Assembly (NCBI GenBank): GCA_049724395.1
Contig: JAUGWO010000020.1
Span: 62,001-126,000 of the forward strand
DNA: 64,000 nt
Reading direction: 5' to 3'
From: Spongospora subterranea f. sp. subterranea
Lineage: Eukaryota
This document shows positions 63,235 through 64,000 of the stretch, piece after piece; the first letter of the stretch is position 1, and the number at the start of each line of letters is the position of its first letter. Both the position numbers and the translations under genes were made by a program. The notes under the pieces were generated by a model. The model was not told the origin of the DNA, did no database searches, and saw nothing but the letters and a program-made list of their open reading frames with translations.

Positions 63235-64000
63235 TCACCCGGATGTATAGTGTTTCTGGATCTCGTCCACGTCATCGGCGCTACCGATGAAGATCGGGCA
63301 GGTTTCGTGCAAGGACTTGGGCGTAAGATCCAAGATTCTCTTCTTCCCTGTCGTTGCCTTTCCTCCAGCTTGCTCGACGATGAACGCCATTGGCGCCCCC
63401 TTCGTACATCAGCCGCAGTTTTCCGTTGGGGTTCTGAAGTTCGTTCAGAAAAGTTTGGCGAAAACCATCGAATACGCGTTTTACCGATTTGCTGCCGGGA
63501 TACATGAAAATACCACCGTACAGAAGCGTTCGATGAATATCAGCCACCATACTACCGACATATCGTGCTGATTTCGGTTTGGCGCCATTATCGAGCCCTT
63601 TGCAGACCCGGATATAGGCGGCGGTTGGAGCGTCCCACGTCGACGCGTTCCCTTCGTTGATCGAGAAGATCTGGCCTTTGGTGGGGCATTTGATGTCCCT
63701 GTGCGTCAGAATGTATTCGCCCAACGACGGATCCAACGTGAACCCTTGAACCCCATCACCGAACGACAGCACCATCATACTTGCCGCTCCATACAAGGCG
63801 TATCCGGCGGCGACTAGTTTGCTCCCCGGCTGGTAGACGTTCTCCATTTTCGTCGGATTCTCAGGCTCCGGATTCATCCATATGCCGAAAATCGTACCGA
63901 TCGACACATTGGCGTCAATGTTGGAGGAACCGTCCAATGGGTCGAACGCCACGAAATACTTGCCAGTGCAACTGGGGTTATATATTGGCTCATCGTTCTC
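63235..64000 (-). CDS. FBP1: Fructose-1,6-bisphosphatase class 1, 3' part (5' end outside window)
   Basis: [57 protein letters not shown]. One intron and a +1 shift in a G5 run. Confidence 0.95.

Noticed and set aside
1..64000. CRISPR arrays, tRNA/rRNA genes, prokaryotic operons, and the many antisense ORFs in the track
   Set aside because: No repeat-spacer periodicity or tRNA/rRNA signature was seen. The DNA is intron-containing and eukaryotic, and the antisense ORFs are shadows of real exons.

Overview
Gene-dense eukaryotic DNA with many short (about 50-70 nt) GT-AG introns. The gene content suggests a protist, possibly a plasmodiophorid or oomycete-like lineage, but this is inference only. 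Host genes: the 3' part of UTP20, a TmcB-type PAS membrane protein, an Ig/filamin-like type I membrane protein, two ~11 kb paralogous giant DUF3638/DUF3645-like genes, a beta-rich secreted protein, a multi-TM protein, a MAPEG/MGST3, a CCCH-Fyv7/TAP26 protein, a PEHE+zf-CW chromatin protein, a NIPA Mg2+ transporter, a PP2C, a cyclin Q/L-type cyclin and the 3' part of FBPase. The gaps between genes hold decayed transposons: a chromodomain Ty3/Gypsy integrase, a MULE with Ulp1-like fragments, PIF/Harbinger, Gypsy gag/RT, and possible LINE, hAT and KDZ relics. Two unexplained signals stand out. First, four unrelated transposon relics each carry a local inverted (foldback) duplication of internal sequence, which could yield hairpin RNA. 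Second, a ~250 nt highly base-paired minus-strand element with G-U strand bias ends in a T8 run and lies head-to-head with the cyclin gene; it looks like an unannotated Pol III ncRNA. Exon boundaries are approximate, all alignments were done by eye, and some frameshifts are probably assembly indel errors.
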